Source of the DNA: a virus
Lineage: Duplodnaviria; Caudoviricetes
IMG/VR virus record: IMGVR_UViG_3300009034_000035
Location: 1-63,255 of that record
Length of the DNA: 63,255 bases
Reading direction: 5' to 3' (one strand)
Below, in pieces: positions 19,128 to 28,676 of the stretch. The notes under the pieces are model-generated. The model saw only the letters and a list, made by a program, of their open reading frames with translations, did no database searches and had not been told where the DNA came from. Within the stretch, counting starts at the first letter, position 1. Every line of letters starts with the position of its first letter. Position numbers and translations under genes: made by a program.

Positions 19128-20234
19128 ATGGCTTGGCTCACAGGATGGTCTTATCGTAAGTCGCATGTAATTAATGCTCAAGCTGGAGCAGGAGCAGACT
19201 ATCAAATTAAGATTAGTGTTAATAGTGGAAGTGGCTCAGATAGTGGGGAAGATGTTTATTTAGAATCTCACTGTACAGACTTTCCTAATGATATTACATT
19301 TACAGATAGTGATGAGACTACAGAATTAAGTCATTGGTGTGAAGACTTAACAGCAGATCCAGCTATATTCTGGGTAAAGGTAACAGACAGTTTAGAAAGT
19401 TCTAATGTAACAATTTATATTTACTACGGAAAAACCGGACAAGCTTCTTCAGGTGACTTTGATAATACATTCATATTTGGAGATCCCTTTGACAACGCCA
19501 CTTTAAACGCAACTAGATGGCCTTCTGTGGATGGCGGTCCAACCTATAGCATAAATACAACTAGCAAGTATCTTGAAGTTACTGATATGGATGCTAGTGA
19601 ATGGGCAACTGGAAAAGGTTTTCATTCTAAATCACTTACTTTTCCTGCAACATGGAGGATTGAAGGTGCTTATGTAACAACTGGATTTACTCTTTATTGT
19701 GGAGCTGGTATGTTACCTCTTACCATGATGGGTTTTTCACTTCATCATACTACTTGGGGTAGTGCAGATTGGGGAATAGGATTTGCATTTTATTATGATG
19801 CTTGGGTTGACGAAACAAGTGTTCAGGCTATAATTGGTGTAGGGGGAAATTCTGACTACTCAGATAAAAGGGATGGTTCTCAAACCGGAGTAATAGTTAT
19901 GGATAAACTAGGTGGAGACATTGAGATAACAGAAGGGGGAGTATCAAGGGTAGATGAAGCCAATGCCGAAACACCTGATCGTGTACATCTTGGAATAGGT
20001 AGATTTTCAACTAGTGAGTTTGTTACTGTCCGTTTCTACGCTTTTAAAGTTAGAAAATATATCGAACCTGAACCAGCACATAGCACTTGGGGAAGTGAAG
20101 AAACTCCTCCAGTTGCAGTTACTCCAGTTGGAGGCAATGTACAACAAGCTAAACTTTTAGGTATAGTTGCAGTTAATCCATTTAAATCTTTTAATACTCG
20201 TATACCTAAGCTTAATCCAAGGTTAGTGGTATAA
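19128..20234 (+). CDS. DUF2341-domain putative adhesin/receptor-binding protein
   Basis: WLTGWSYRK, DFPNDITFTDSD.TTELSHW.E, FWVKV, IYIYYG, F.FGDPF. Confidence 0.8.
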   Translation: MAWLTGWSYRKSHVINAQAGAGADYQIKISVNSGSGSDSGEDVYLESHCTDFPNDITFTDSDETTELSHWCEDLTADPAIFWVKVTDSLESSNVTIYIYYGKTGQASSGDFDNTFIFGDPFDNATLNATRWPSVDGGPTYSINTTSKYLEVTDMDASEWATGKGFHSKSLTFPATWRIEGAYVTTGFTLYCGAGMLPLTMMGFSLHHTTWGSADWGIGFAFYYDAWVDETSVQAIIGVGGNSDYSDKRDGSQTGVIVMDKLGGDIEITEGGVSRVDEANAETPDRVHLGIGRFSTSEFVTVRFYAFKVRKYIEPEPAHSTWGSEETPPVAVTPVGGNVQQAKLLGIVAVNPFKSFNTRIPKLNPRLVV

Positions 20235-20509
20235 TGACAGAAGAATTTTGGTTAAGTAAAGAAGGAATAATACTTAGATTAGAAGATTTAGCTCATGACT
20301 TTAGCTTTAAAACTTATAATGGAGCATTAAAAGCTAATTTTAAAGAAGCAGGATTTAAAGAGTTTGAATGGGTAACAGTAATAGATGAGAAGACATGTAA
20401 TTATTGTGATGGACAAGCTGGTAGGAGATATAGATTAGGACAGTTTTTACCTAGGATGCCAGCCCATATAAGATGTAGATGCTTCTGGGACATATTAATG
20501 GAAATTTAA
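20234..20509 (+). CDS. SPP1 gp7/MuF-like minor head protein (C-terminal Cys/His domain only)
   Basis: W...DEKTCNYC...G...PAHIRCRC. Confidence 0.85.
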   Translation: MTEEFWLSKEGIILRLEDLAHDFSFKTYNGALKANFKEAGFKEFEWVTVIDEKTCNYCDGQAGRRYRLGQFLPRMPAHIRCRCFWDILMEI

Positions 20510-20513
20510 GGAG

Positions 20514-20948
20514 GTGGAGGTAATAACAAACGATAAAGTTAAAGACTTATCTTTTTCTAATAGGCCAAAATATAAACAAGAGAAAGAAGTAGTAAGGTCA
20601 GATGGAACTATACAAAAAGTACCTTATGGTAAATGGAAATTAACAGTTCTTAATGATCCTATGGGAGCAACTGCACAAAGAGCAAGAAGGAATAAAGATC
20701 CAGATCTAAAGAATATTAAAATAGCTAGAATACCTATTAAAGTATTTCATGAAGCACCTATAATAGAAGTAGGAGAAAAGGGAGAAAGAAGATTACAGCC
20801 TCCTATAAGTAGACAGACAGATCTAACTATGAGAAACTTACCTAAAGAAGAATATGAGAGAATGGGATTTAGGCAAGCTGAAAAGGATAGTAAGGGAAGG
20901 AAAGATAAAGGTGAAAAGATTAAGTCTAAAACAGATGAAGAAGCATAG
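20514..20948 (+). CDS. Hypothetical protein
   Basis: ORF in the head module. Confidence 0.55.
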   Translation: MEVITNDKVKDLSFSNRPKYKQEKEVVRSDGTIQKVPYGKWKLTVLNDPMGATAQRARRNKDPDLKNIKIARIPIKVFHEAPIIEVGEKGERRLQPPISRQTDLTMRNLPKEEYERMGFRQAEKDSKGRKDKGEKIKSKTDEEA

Positions 20949-21306
20949 CTTAACAGGTTCTAGACAGCCAGGTTACACTATTCAGAGGCATCCAAGAATT
21001 TATAATAAGCCTTTAAGTTGTCAAGTGGGTAAACATGAGTTTAGAACTAAATTTGATCAGAGGGGAGTACCCATGTTAGTATGTAGTAAATGTGGAGCAG
21101 GCATAGGTAAAGGTTTATATGAAAAAACATGGTCTAAAAAGGATATGGAAAGAATAACTAAAGTAGGAATAAGGAAGAAAAGAACTAAGAAGGAAATAGC
21201 TATGGATGCTCTAAAGAGAATGGAAGAAGATCAGGATAAGAGAAGGAAAAGAATGCATAGGTCAATAGAAAATATAGTAAAGAGAAGAATGTCTGATCTA
21301 GTATGA
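20854..21306 (+). CDS. Basic Zn-ribbon protein
   Basis: CQVGKH...CSKC; true start probably the ATG near 20935. Confidence 0.55.
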   Translation: MREWDLGKLKRIVREGKIKVKRLSLKQMKKHSLTGSRQPGYTIQRHPRIYNKPLSCQVGKHEFRTKFDQRGVPMLVCSKCGAGIGKGLYEKTWSKKDMERITKVGIRKKRTKKEIAMDALKRMEEDQDKRRKRMHRSIENIVKRRMSDLV

Positions 21307-22046
21307 AAAGTTTAAAAAGAGCAACTAATAAATACTTAAGCTTTGAAATAGTCAGGTTAAGGACTATATATGATAAACATCCGGATATTAGGAAAGCAGT
21401 AGTTAAGAGATATAGAGAAGTAGTTGAAGAATATAAAAGTAGAGAATTAAATTGGTTCTGGTCTAAGCATATTTTAGATAGGTTAATTAAGGTTGAATTT
21501 GAAGGTTATCAAGGCAAGTGGGTAACTTTAGAAGGTGGACAACATATTTTTATTAGGGAAGGAGAAAGTGTAGGAGAAGCTACTAGTAGACTTAGAGAAA
21601 AACCAAAAAGGATTACAAGAGAAGAAGCAACTAAGATTGTTTCAAAATATAAGAAACTAGGAAAATTATCTTTTATAAAAGGTATTGCTACTAGAGGATA
21701 TTCAGAACATGATGTTGATCTTTTAGTAGAATCAAATTTTTCTAAGAAGGAATTATTACCCGAACTTAATAATCTCAATTTAGATTTAAAAGATAAGTTT
21801 AATATTCCATTAGAAGCATGGGTAATAGCATCAGATAAAGAGTTTCAATGGTATGATGGTAATACTATTCGTGAAATTAAAAGGAATGGTGTACATTTAT
21901 GGTTTCCCTTTAAAGAAAAAGAAAAAATTCCTATTCAGGAAGAAAAGAAGACACAAGAAGGTGCTTGGAGTCCTACTTATTCTAGGGGAGAAGAAGAGGA
22001 AGAGGATGAAAGAGAGAAGCAGAAGAGAGAATTTTTAATAAGATAA
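21303..22046 (+). CDS. Head-module protein with Pol-beta-type minimal nucleotidyltransferase domain
   Basis: GIATRGYSEHDVDLLV matches the GS.ARG...SD.DLLV motif; preceded by a WVTLEGGQHIFI motif. Confidence 0.7.
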   Translation: MKSLKRATNKYLSFEIVRLRTIYDKHPDIRKAVVKRYREVVEEYKSRELNWFWSKHILDRLIKVEFEGYQGKWVTLEGGQHIFIREGESVGEATSRLREKPKRITREEATKIVSKYKKLGKLSFIKGIATRGYSEHDVDLLVESNFSKKELLPELNNLNLDLKDKFNIPLEAWVIASDKEFQWYDGNTIREIKRNGVHLWFPFKEKEKIPIQEEKKTQEGAWSPTYSRGEEEEEDEREKQKREFLIR

Positions 22047-22068
22047 TAGATAAAGTAAAAAAAGAATC

Positions 22069-22371
22069 TTAAATTGATACTGTAGGTTTAGTCTTTTTAT
22101 TAACTATTTTAATATATTTATTACGTAGCTTATTAATCTTCTTCTTAAGCTTATTCTTTTCCTTTTGTTTAAACTTTTTAAAATTAGCTCCAGGTACAAT
22201 TCTATGCATACTATAATAGAAAAGTTTAGCATTTATCTTTTCCTTATATTCATCAATTAGTATATCTCTACCAATATCAAACTCTTGCCAAGCTTTTCTT
22301 TCTATAGACAAATTCTTTTTAAATTGTATCCAATCTATATTCCACATATTAATTCTTTCTCCCAACAGCAA
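22069..22371 (-). CDS. Hypothetical basic protein
   Basis: Last ORF of the leftward operon. Confidence 0.5.
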   Translation of the reverse strand: MLLGERINMWNIDWIQFKKNLSIERKAWQEFDIGRDILIDEYKEKINAKLFYYSMHRIVPGANFKKFKQKEKNKLKKKINKLRNKYIKIVNKKTKPTVSI

Positions 22372-22547
22372 TTATAACAATGATAACTTTGGTCACTACT
22401 ATCATGCAGGTTGAAGGTAAATTTAAAGCAATGTAGACAAAAGCCACAATATAAAAAGTGTTTAAATAGAAGACGATCAATTCTAGAAAGAAGTTTAGAA
22501 ATTAAGAATCTTTTATCATAATATTGAAAGTTATAGACTCTATTCAT
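22335..22547 (-). CDS. Zn-finger protein
   Basis: CLHC...CYNC; overlaps the LonB stop. Confidence 0.5.
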   Translation of the reverse strand: MNRVYNFQYYDKRFLISKLLSRIDRLLFKHFLYCGFCLHCFKFTFNLHDSSDQSYHCYNCCWEKELICGI

Positions 22548-24699
22548 TTATAAGAACCTCTTTAAGATAATCATCTAATGATTTAGCTCCTATTACTTCT
22601 ATTTTATAATCACTTTCATCTATAGAATGTTTAAGGTTTTTATATGGAATAATAACCTTTTTAAAGTTCCATGTTTCAGCAGCTTTAATTTTTTCATGTA
22701 TTCCTCCCACAGCAGTAACTTCTATTTTATCAGAGGAGCTAATATTAATTTCTCCTGTAACAGCTACATCTTGTCTAATAGGTTTACCTTCTAGAAGAGA
22801 ACATAATAAAATAGTCATAGTAACTCCTGCACTAGGTCCATCTACTCCATAAGATTGAGAGAAGTCTATATGAGTAAAATATTCCTGTTCAATATCTACA
22901 TTATATTTATGAAGGATAACAGATCTAACCTTATCTATAGAGGCTTTAATCCATTTTGATTCTTTAGCTATTCCTGTAACTTTAAAATAACCACTAAGTT
23001 TATTATCTTTAAGTTTATCTTTTTTAATTAATTGGGCCTTAATCTTACTTACTGTACCAGTCATTTCTCCGGAGTAAGAATCACTACTAACAGCTAAACC
23101 ATAAATAGTACCCATTTGATGACCTTTAGGATCTATTTCTAGAAGTTTACCTCTCTCTTCTACATAATGTTCTAATAGTTGTTTCTGGATAGTCTTACAA
23201 TGTTCATTAATAGCTTCTATAACATGTCTAGACTCTACTAATTCAACTTTTTCGTTATGGGCTAAAGTACCAGCAGTTTTAATAACAGCAATTAAAGGTC
23301 TAAATTTAGTAGCTAGACAATCTCTTTTATTAGATCTTCTTCTACCCTCTTTAACTATTTCTATGCAAGCTTCTCTACTGAAAGGTAACAAACTAAATCT
23401 TTTACTTTCTTGAGCAATAAATTGTACATACTTTCTCCTATTAGCAATATTATTATTCATGTCATTATTCATTCTTACTACTTTACCATAACCTATTAAT
23501 CTATCCATAAGAGCAGGATGTATCTTATTTATACTATCAAAGTTACCAGCAGCTAATAGGAAGAATAAAGCTGGAATAGGTTCAGTAGAGACAGCCATAG
23601 CAGAAGTACCACTACCATGAAATTGACTACGCATAGTAACAGGTAAAGCACCATCCTCTAGAACAGATAATAGAGTAACAGCATCTAAAGGACCAAGGTT
23701 CTTAATCTCATCTATATATAAAATACCTAGAGAAGATCTATGTACATCTCCAGCAGTACATCTTTGATGCTCTGGTGTTCCTAAGCCTCCAGTCTGATAT
23801 GGGTCCCAGGCTATAGAACCAAATAGTTGAGCAGAAGTATGACCAGTAGCATCTACAAAAGGAGCAGCTTTAGTCTCATTATTAACTAAAATTTTAGGAG
23901 CATTAGTAGCTTCTGCTCCACCTATACCTTTATTACCTTGTATCTTACCTATTCTATTAAACCATCCTATGAAAAAGCCAAAGAAAATTAAAGATCCACC
24001 TATTCCAAAATAATTAAGATAACTTGGTAAAAAGGTTTTGGTATAATTAAGAAAGCCTATACTTCTAAGGAACATTGGAGGACTATAGTTAATTAGTGGA
24101 TTTTCTACCCAAGGCTTAAACCAAAAAATGAGACCTAATCCTATAAGTAAGGCTCCAAATGCTCCCAAACAAATTCTTGCTAATTTAGTACCAATATTTA
24201 TAAGTCTACCTTTTTTAGCTAATTTCTTCTTTTCTATTTTAACTATTTGACTGCCTTCTCCAGCTTTATGTATACTAATTTTAGGATTAGAAGGTAATAT
24301 CTTATTAGCCCAAGATAAAACATCAAACCTTTTAATTCTATCTTTTTTATAGAGCTTAGTTAGATAATCAGCCATAGCTCTTCCTATAAGAGACTTACCT
24401 GTACCAGGATCACCTAGTAGAAGAAGATAAGGACCAGGAGTAAGTACTTTACTAAAATGGGGCTTTTCTCCTTCTGGATTTAACCAGGGTTTATACCATC
24501 TTTTCTTCTGTAAAACTTTAAGTTTATATAACCATTCATCTAGACAAAGCTGTACCTCATCTAATACTCTATCTTGACCTATAACCCAGTCAAGAAGTTT
24601 ATCTGGTACTGGAAAGTCTTTAGTAGAAGTAAATTCTTCCCAATTCCATTCTTTATTTCTAATTTTAGAAGAGCCTTTACCAAAGAAAGTATTACTTAT
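22540..24699 (-). CDS. lonB: Archaeal membrane-anchored ATP-dependent protease LonB (about 719 aa, ATA start)
   Basis: Frame is open 108 codons upstream of the listed ATG, adding VPDKLLDWVIGQD and Walker A GDPGTGKS; two TM helices; LYIDE; DGPSAG and VGGIHEK Ser-Lys dyad. Confidence 0.95.
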   Translation of the reverse strand: MSNTFFGKGSSKIRNKEWNWEEFTSTKDFPVPDKLLDWVIGQDRVLDEVQLCLDEWLYKLKVLQKKRWYKPWLNPEGEKPHFSKVLTPGPYLLLLGDPGTGKSLIGRAMADYLTKLYKKDRIKRFDVLSWANKILPSNPKISIHKAGEGSQIVKIEKKKLAKKGRLINIGTKLARICLGAFGALLIGLGLIFWFKPWVENPLINYSPPMFLRSIGFLNYTKTFLPSYLNYFGIGGSLIFFGFFIGWFNRIGKIQGNKGIGGAEATNAPKILVNNETKAAPFVDATGHTSAQLFGSIAWDPYQTGGLGTPEHQRCTAGDVHRSSLGILYIDEIKNLGPLDAVTLLSVLEDGALPVTMRSQFHGSGTSAMAVSTEPIPALFFLLAAGNFDSINKIHPALMDRLIGYGKVVRMNNDMNNNIANRRKYVQFIAQESKRFSLLPFSREACIEIVKEGRRRSNKRDCLATKFRPLIAVIKTAGTLAHNEKVELVESRHVIEAINEHCKTIQKQLLEHYVEERGKLLEIDPKGHQMGTIYGLAVSSDSYSGEMTGTVSKIKAQLIKKDKLKDNKLSGYFKVTGIAKESKWIKASIDKVRSVILHKYNVDIEQEYFTHIDFSQSYGVDGPSAGVTMTILLCSLLEGKPIRQDVAVTGEINISSSDKIEVTAVGGIHEKIKAAETWNFKKVIIPYKNLKHSIDESDYKIEVIGAKSLDDYLKEVLINE

Positions 24700-24847
24700 T
24701 CTCTTTCACCTTTCTTACTATTTTCATCATTTCTTTAAAAATAGAATGTTTCTTATTAAGGTTGAGAAGACTACCTATATGCCAAAATTCAGCATATTCT
24801 TCTAGTGCAAGTTCAAATCTAAGATGTTTAGTTTCTTTATTTTTCAT
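24692..24847 (-). CDS. Small RHH-like DNA-binding protein (51 aa)
   Basis: MKNKETKHLRFELALEEYAEFW..., a strand-helix-helix pattern; coupled to neighbours. Confidence 0.5.
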   Translation of the reverse strand: MKNKETKHLRFELALEEYAEFWHIGSLLNLNKKHSIFKEMMKIVRKVKENK

Positions 24848-25380
24848 TAGAAAACATCTCCAATTTTTAATTCATTTATATGTCTTTTAACGTAAGCTCT
24901 AGTTCTTTTATAAAGTCTGTAATATTCAATATTTTTATAGTAACATTTTCTTACATTTTTTCTATTATATTCTTTTCCTTTTTCACTTTTTAACCATTTC
25001 TTTATATATTTATAAACTTTTTCTTTATTTTTCATTCGCCACTTTTTATTACTTTCATGAGCCCTTTTTCTAAATTCTGGATCTTCTTTATATCTCTTTC
25101 TAACATATTTATTATGTTCTTTTTTAATTTGTGGATCAGAATTATAGATTTTTCTTTGCTTATTTTTATATTCTTTTTTATGTTCTGGACAAAGAAGTAA
25201 TTTAGTTTGTTTACGAAATTTATGTCCATCTTTTAAAAATCTTTTACAAACTTTACATCTTGATTGTGATATAAGAATTATACGTTTACCATCTGGAGTT
25301 AATCCATTAGCCATTCTTTGATTTGTTCTAATTTTAGAAGTATATTTAACCACTTTATTAGAGCTTTGTCTTCCCTTCAT
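24847..25380 (-). CDS. Basic helical-repeat protein with CxxC
   Basis: CKVC...CPEH followed by K/R/Y-rich repeats. Confidence 0.6.
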   Translation of the reverse strand: MKGRQSSNKVVKYTSKIRTNQRMANGLTPDGKRIILISQSRCKVCKRFLKDGHKFRKQTKLLLCPEHKKEYKNKQRKIYNSDPQIKKEHNKYVRKRYKEDPEFRKRAHESNKKWRMKNKEKVYKYIKKWLKSEKGKEYNRKNVRKCYYKNIEYYRLYKRTRAYVKRHINELKIGDVF

Positions 25381-25514
25381 TATTTATTCTCCTTTAAAAA
25401 CTTAGAAAGAATATTTTGTATTAAGTCTTCTAATCTTAAACCTCTAAGAATAGCATAAGCTTTAATTTCTCTCCAAGTCTGTTCTTCTACATTAATTATT
25501 TTCTTCTTCTTCAT
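25380..25514 (-). CDS. Ribbon-helix-helix transcription regulator (44 aa)
   Basis: MKKKKIINVEEQTWREIKAYAILRGLRLEDLIQNILSKFL, classic RHH; first gene of the leftward operon. Confidence 0.8.
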   Translation of the reverse strand: MKKKKIINVEEQTWREIKAYAILRGLRLEDLIQNILSKFLKENK

Positions 25515-25550
25515 TAAAAATAATCCTCAATATATTATAATAAGTTTAAC

Positions 25551-25604
25551 TTATATAAATGTTACTATTACACAAATTAACAAAATAAAGAAAGCTTTAT
25601 ATAT
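25551..25604. promoter_or_regulatory. Divergent promoter pair
   Basis: Minus-strand aacatttatataa (25563-25551) and plus-strand agaaagctttatatat (25589-25604). Confidence 0.7.
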
Positions 25605-25701
25605 CTTCATAACAATTATAATTATGGGTAATACAAAGAGGGTGTATTAGCAGTTTAATTAGGAAGGCTAGTAGGAGCCAAACACCTATAAAATTTATGA
25701 A

Positions 25702-26904
25702 GTGCCTATTAGCCTTTTAAACCCTCTAGAAATGGTTAAAGATAATATGTTAGAACAAGAAGCTTGTCCTTTAGGGGACCATTCTAAATTATTTAGAGAA
25801 CCACTTGTACAAGCTCTATTAGATCATTTACCTATACCTTCTGTAAAAGCTGATATAACTATATCTATGCCTATATCTAAAAGGTTTGAAGATAAAGGTA
25901 AGTTAATTATAGCCGGATATGCTAGTGTAGAAGTTATAGATAGTCAGAATGAACTAATACCTATTCCAGTCCTTAAAGAAGCTTGGGATAATTTTAAGAA
26001 AAGTGGGTTTAGTATAGGTTCACTTATGCATACTAATATACCAGTCATTAAGGTTCTAGATAATTATACTGATAGTAAAGGTCAAGAATGGAAGAGTGGA
26101 GTAGACGATACAGGTCTATTCATAGTAGCTGAAGTGAGGGATGATATAGAGAAAGGTAAGCAGACTAGAGAATTAATAGAGAAAGATCCTCCGGCTCTTA
26201 CAGGTTTTAGTATAGGAGGAGAAGCATTAGCTAGTGAAGTAGTTTGTGAAGGTAGTTGCTATACTAGGATAGATAAGATGGAACTACATGAAATAGCTGT
26301 AGTAGATAAACCAGCTAATAAACCTTCAGTCTTTACTATAGTTAAAAGACAGAAAATTCAAGAAGGAGAAAATTCATTGAAGAAGATAAAGGAAATGACA
26401 GAGGAAGAGATTAAGGCTAAGATATTAGCATTAGAAAAAGAAGTTAGACAAATAGAAGAAAAGGTTTGGCCTACTCCTCCCGAAAGTAAATTTACTCCTA
26501 AAGAAAGAAAAGAAGTAGAAATAAAGATGAATATGATACGGACAGAAATTAAAGCTTATACAATGGCTTTAGGACAGAAGATAATACAGAAGATGAAAGG
26601 TGAGGCTATTGGTAAACCATTTGCAGGATATAAAGACTTTGAAGATTGTGTAAGACAGAATCAACAGGCAAATAACCCTGAAGCTTATTGTGCAGCTATA
26701 AGACAGCAAGTAGAAGGTAAGAAAGAAAAAAAGAAATGTCATCGTTGTCTTATATTAGTGGCTATTGATAAATTGGATAGAACTATTTCTAAATTAGATG
26801 AAAATAATAGAAAGAGGCTCTTAGGAGCTTCATTTAATAGGTTTGAAAAAGCCATTTCACAGTTACGGATATATTCCGAACAAAAAAGAATTAAGAGAGA
26901 TTAA
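25702..26904 (+). CDS. HK97-type prohead protease with C-terminal extension
   Basis: GYASVEVIDSQNE, LMH, GFSIGG, EIAVVDKPAN; start position uncertain. Confidence 0.92.
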   Translation: MPISLLNPLEMVKDNMLEQEACPLGDHSKLFREPLVQALLDHLPIPSVKADITISMPISKRFEDKGKLIIAGYASVEVIDSQNELIPIPVLKEAWDNFKKSGFSIGSLMHTNIPVIKVLDNYTDSKGQEWKSGVDDTGLFIVAEVRDDIEKGKQTRELIEKDPPALTGFSIGGEALASEVVCEGSCYTRIDKMELHEIAVVDKPANKPSVFTIVKRQKIQEGENSLKKIKEMTEEEIKAKILALEKEVRQIEEKVWPTPPESKFTPKERKEVEIKMNMIRTEIKAYTMALGQKIIQKMKGEAIGKPFAGYKDFEDCVRQNQQANNPEAYCAAIRQQVEGKKEKKKCHRCLILVAIDKLDRTISKLDENNRKRLLGASFNRFEKAISQLRIYSEQKRIKRD

Positions 26905-26906
26905 TA

Positions 26907-27431
26907 TTGGTAAAGAAAGAAAAAACCGAAAAGCAAGAGGAAGAAGAGAAACCTGAGGAAGAAGAAGAGAAAGTTGATCAACCTTCTAAATTTGAAATTG
27001 AATTAGCTGCAAAGATAGATAAATTAACAGATGCTGTTAATAGACTATCTAAGGCTCTGATTAAACAAGAGGAAGAGGAAGAAGAAAAGCCTAAGGAAGA
27101 AGAGAAACAAGAGGAAGAAGAAGAGGAACCAGAAGAGAAAGTTGAGAAGGGTACTACAGTAACAGTTTCAACTTCAGAAGAGAAGCAGGAAGAAGAAGAG
27201 GAAGAGAAACCTCCAGAGGAAGAAGAGAAGAGTAAAGAAGCTAAATTGCTTGAATTTATAAAAGATGCTGTTGATAAAGGAATAGAGAAGAAATTTTCTA
27301 AGCCAGCTTCAAAGAGAACTAAAGTTCCTGAGAGGCCAACAGAAGAAAAAATTGATTTAAGCATGGAAGCTCTATCTAAAATGTCATGGAAAGATACACA
27401 GATACTCTCTAAAAGATTGGGGAGTCAATAG
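26907..27431 (+). CDS. Glu-rich capsid scaffolding protein
   Basis: KQEEEEEEKP repeats; lies between the protease and the major capsid gene. Confidence 0.7.
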   Translation: MVKKEKTEKQEEEEKPEEEEEKVDQPSKFEIELAAKIDKLTDAVNRLSKALIKQEEEEEEKPKEEEKQEEEEEEPEEKVEKGTTVTVSTSEEKQEEEEEEKPPEEEEKSKEAKLLEFIKDAVDKGIEKKFSKPASKRTKVPERPTEEKIDLSMEALSKMSWKDTQILSKRLGSQ

Positions 27432-27433
27432 CA

Positions 27434-28549
27434 ATGAACATTCCACAAACAATGGAAGAACTAATGGAGAAGTACTATGGTCCTTCTAAGTTAGTAAGAA
27501 AAGCAGGTGTTTACTCTCCAGGTACATATACAGCTGGTACTTTCTGGGAACCTTTGTGGGGAAAGAAGGTATGGTCATGGCTGAATATGGAAGTAAACAT
27601 ATTTGCTATCCTTCCTAAAGAACCTTGGATAAAGTCAGGTTGGAGAGTATTGACTACAGCAGCTCATACTACTGGTGGAGGAATTAATACAGATGATACT
27701 AATGGTGGAGCAGTTCCTGCAGCACAATCTTTAACTTTTGTTGAATGCTTTACTGAGCCTAAGACTGTGGCTCATACATTTGACATTGGTGAAGATGTAG
27801 CCTTTTTGAGTGGAGTAGATGATGCAGTTGACTTACTACCCTATTACCGTGAGGAAATAGGTAAAGAGCATGCCTTCTGTATAAACTACCAATTAGGCCT
27901 AGATGCTGATACTGCTGCTGGAGACAACATAGAATCTATAGACAGGGTTGTAGCCTCAGCTAGTGAGAATGACGGTAGTGGCTATGCTGCTACTGACCAT
28001 GACCTCTATTATACTAGAGGAAAAGAACTAGATAGAGATTCAACTACAACTTATGATGCTATTGTAAGTCACAACAGCACAAGTGACAGAGACTTGACAC
28101 TTCTCTTGATAGACACACTTTTGAAAGACATTTGGGACAAAGATGGAAAGCCAAAGGTTATTTTGACAAAAAATGACACTTTGATGAGGTGGCAACAGCT
28201 ATTAGAAGCTGAACGTAGGTTTGTAGATACAGCAAGGATAGTTCCTACATTTGGTGGGGTCAGAGGACCAGCACCAGGAGTAGAAGCAGGCTTTATGGTC
28301 TCTACATACTTTGGTATACCTATAATTCCAAGTCAACATTGTCCAGCTGATACTATAGGAAGAATATTCATGTTGGATACAGACTTCCTAAAGTTTGCAG
28401 TTGCTAAACCAACTGTCTATTCAGAAACAGGTGCAGGCAAAGACTTTCTCCATAGAGGATACTTAACCTTTAAGGGAATGTATGAGACTATGGGTGAAGT
28501 AAAAGCTTATCGGTTTAACTGTCACGGTAAACTTAGAGAACTACAATAG
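27434..28549 (+). CDS. Major capsid protein (HK97 fold)
   Basis: IFAILPKEPW, PKTVAH, GKPKVIL, TYFGIPIIPS, IFMLDTD; gene position. Confidence 0.9.
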   Translation: MNIPQTMEELMEKYYGPSKLVRKAGVYSPGTYTAGTFWEPLWGKKVWSWLNMEVNIFAILPKEPWIKSGWRVLTTAAHTTGGGINTDDTNGGAVPAAQSLTFVECFTEPKTVAHTFDIGEDVAFLSGVDDAVDLLPYYREEIGKEHAFCINYQLGLDADTAAGDNIESIDRVVASASENDGSGYAATDHDLYYTRGKELDRDSTTTYDAIVSHNSTSDRDLTLLLIDTLLKDIWDKDGKPKVILTKNDTLMRWQQLLEAERRFVDTARIVPTFGGVRGPAPGVEAGFMVSTYFGIPIIPSQHCPADTIGRIFMLDTDFLKFAVAKPTVYSETGAGKDFLHRGYLTFKGMYETMGEVKAYRFNCHGKLRELQ

Positions 28550-28586
28550 TCTAACCTGACTATAAGTAAAATATTAATCCTATCCC

Positions 28587-28602
28587 AACCATCGGGTTTT
28601 TT
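28587..28602 (+). terminator. Short hairpin plus T tract after the major capsid gene
   Basis: aacc-atcg-ggtt-tttt. Confidence 0.45.
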
Positions 28603-28676
28603 AAGGTGGTAAATCATAGTCCATAAATAATATGGCAAAAGGGTAATATAATTTAAAAGAGGTGTATATATAAAAA

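Noticed and set aside
17781-20234. Diversity-generating retroelement target in the fibre/adhesin genes
   Set aside because: No reverse transcriptase and no template/variable repeat pair seen
26907-27431. GAA/GAG repeats as an array, and the antisense Ser-rich ORF 26978-27364
   Set aside because: The period-3 repeats encode poly-Glu scaffold; the antisense ORF is its shadow
28050-28200. Patch of TTG/GAC/ACA-rich codons in the capsid gene suggesting recombination
   Set aside because: Too short to distinguish from chance by eye
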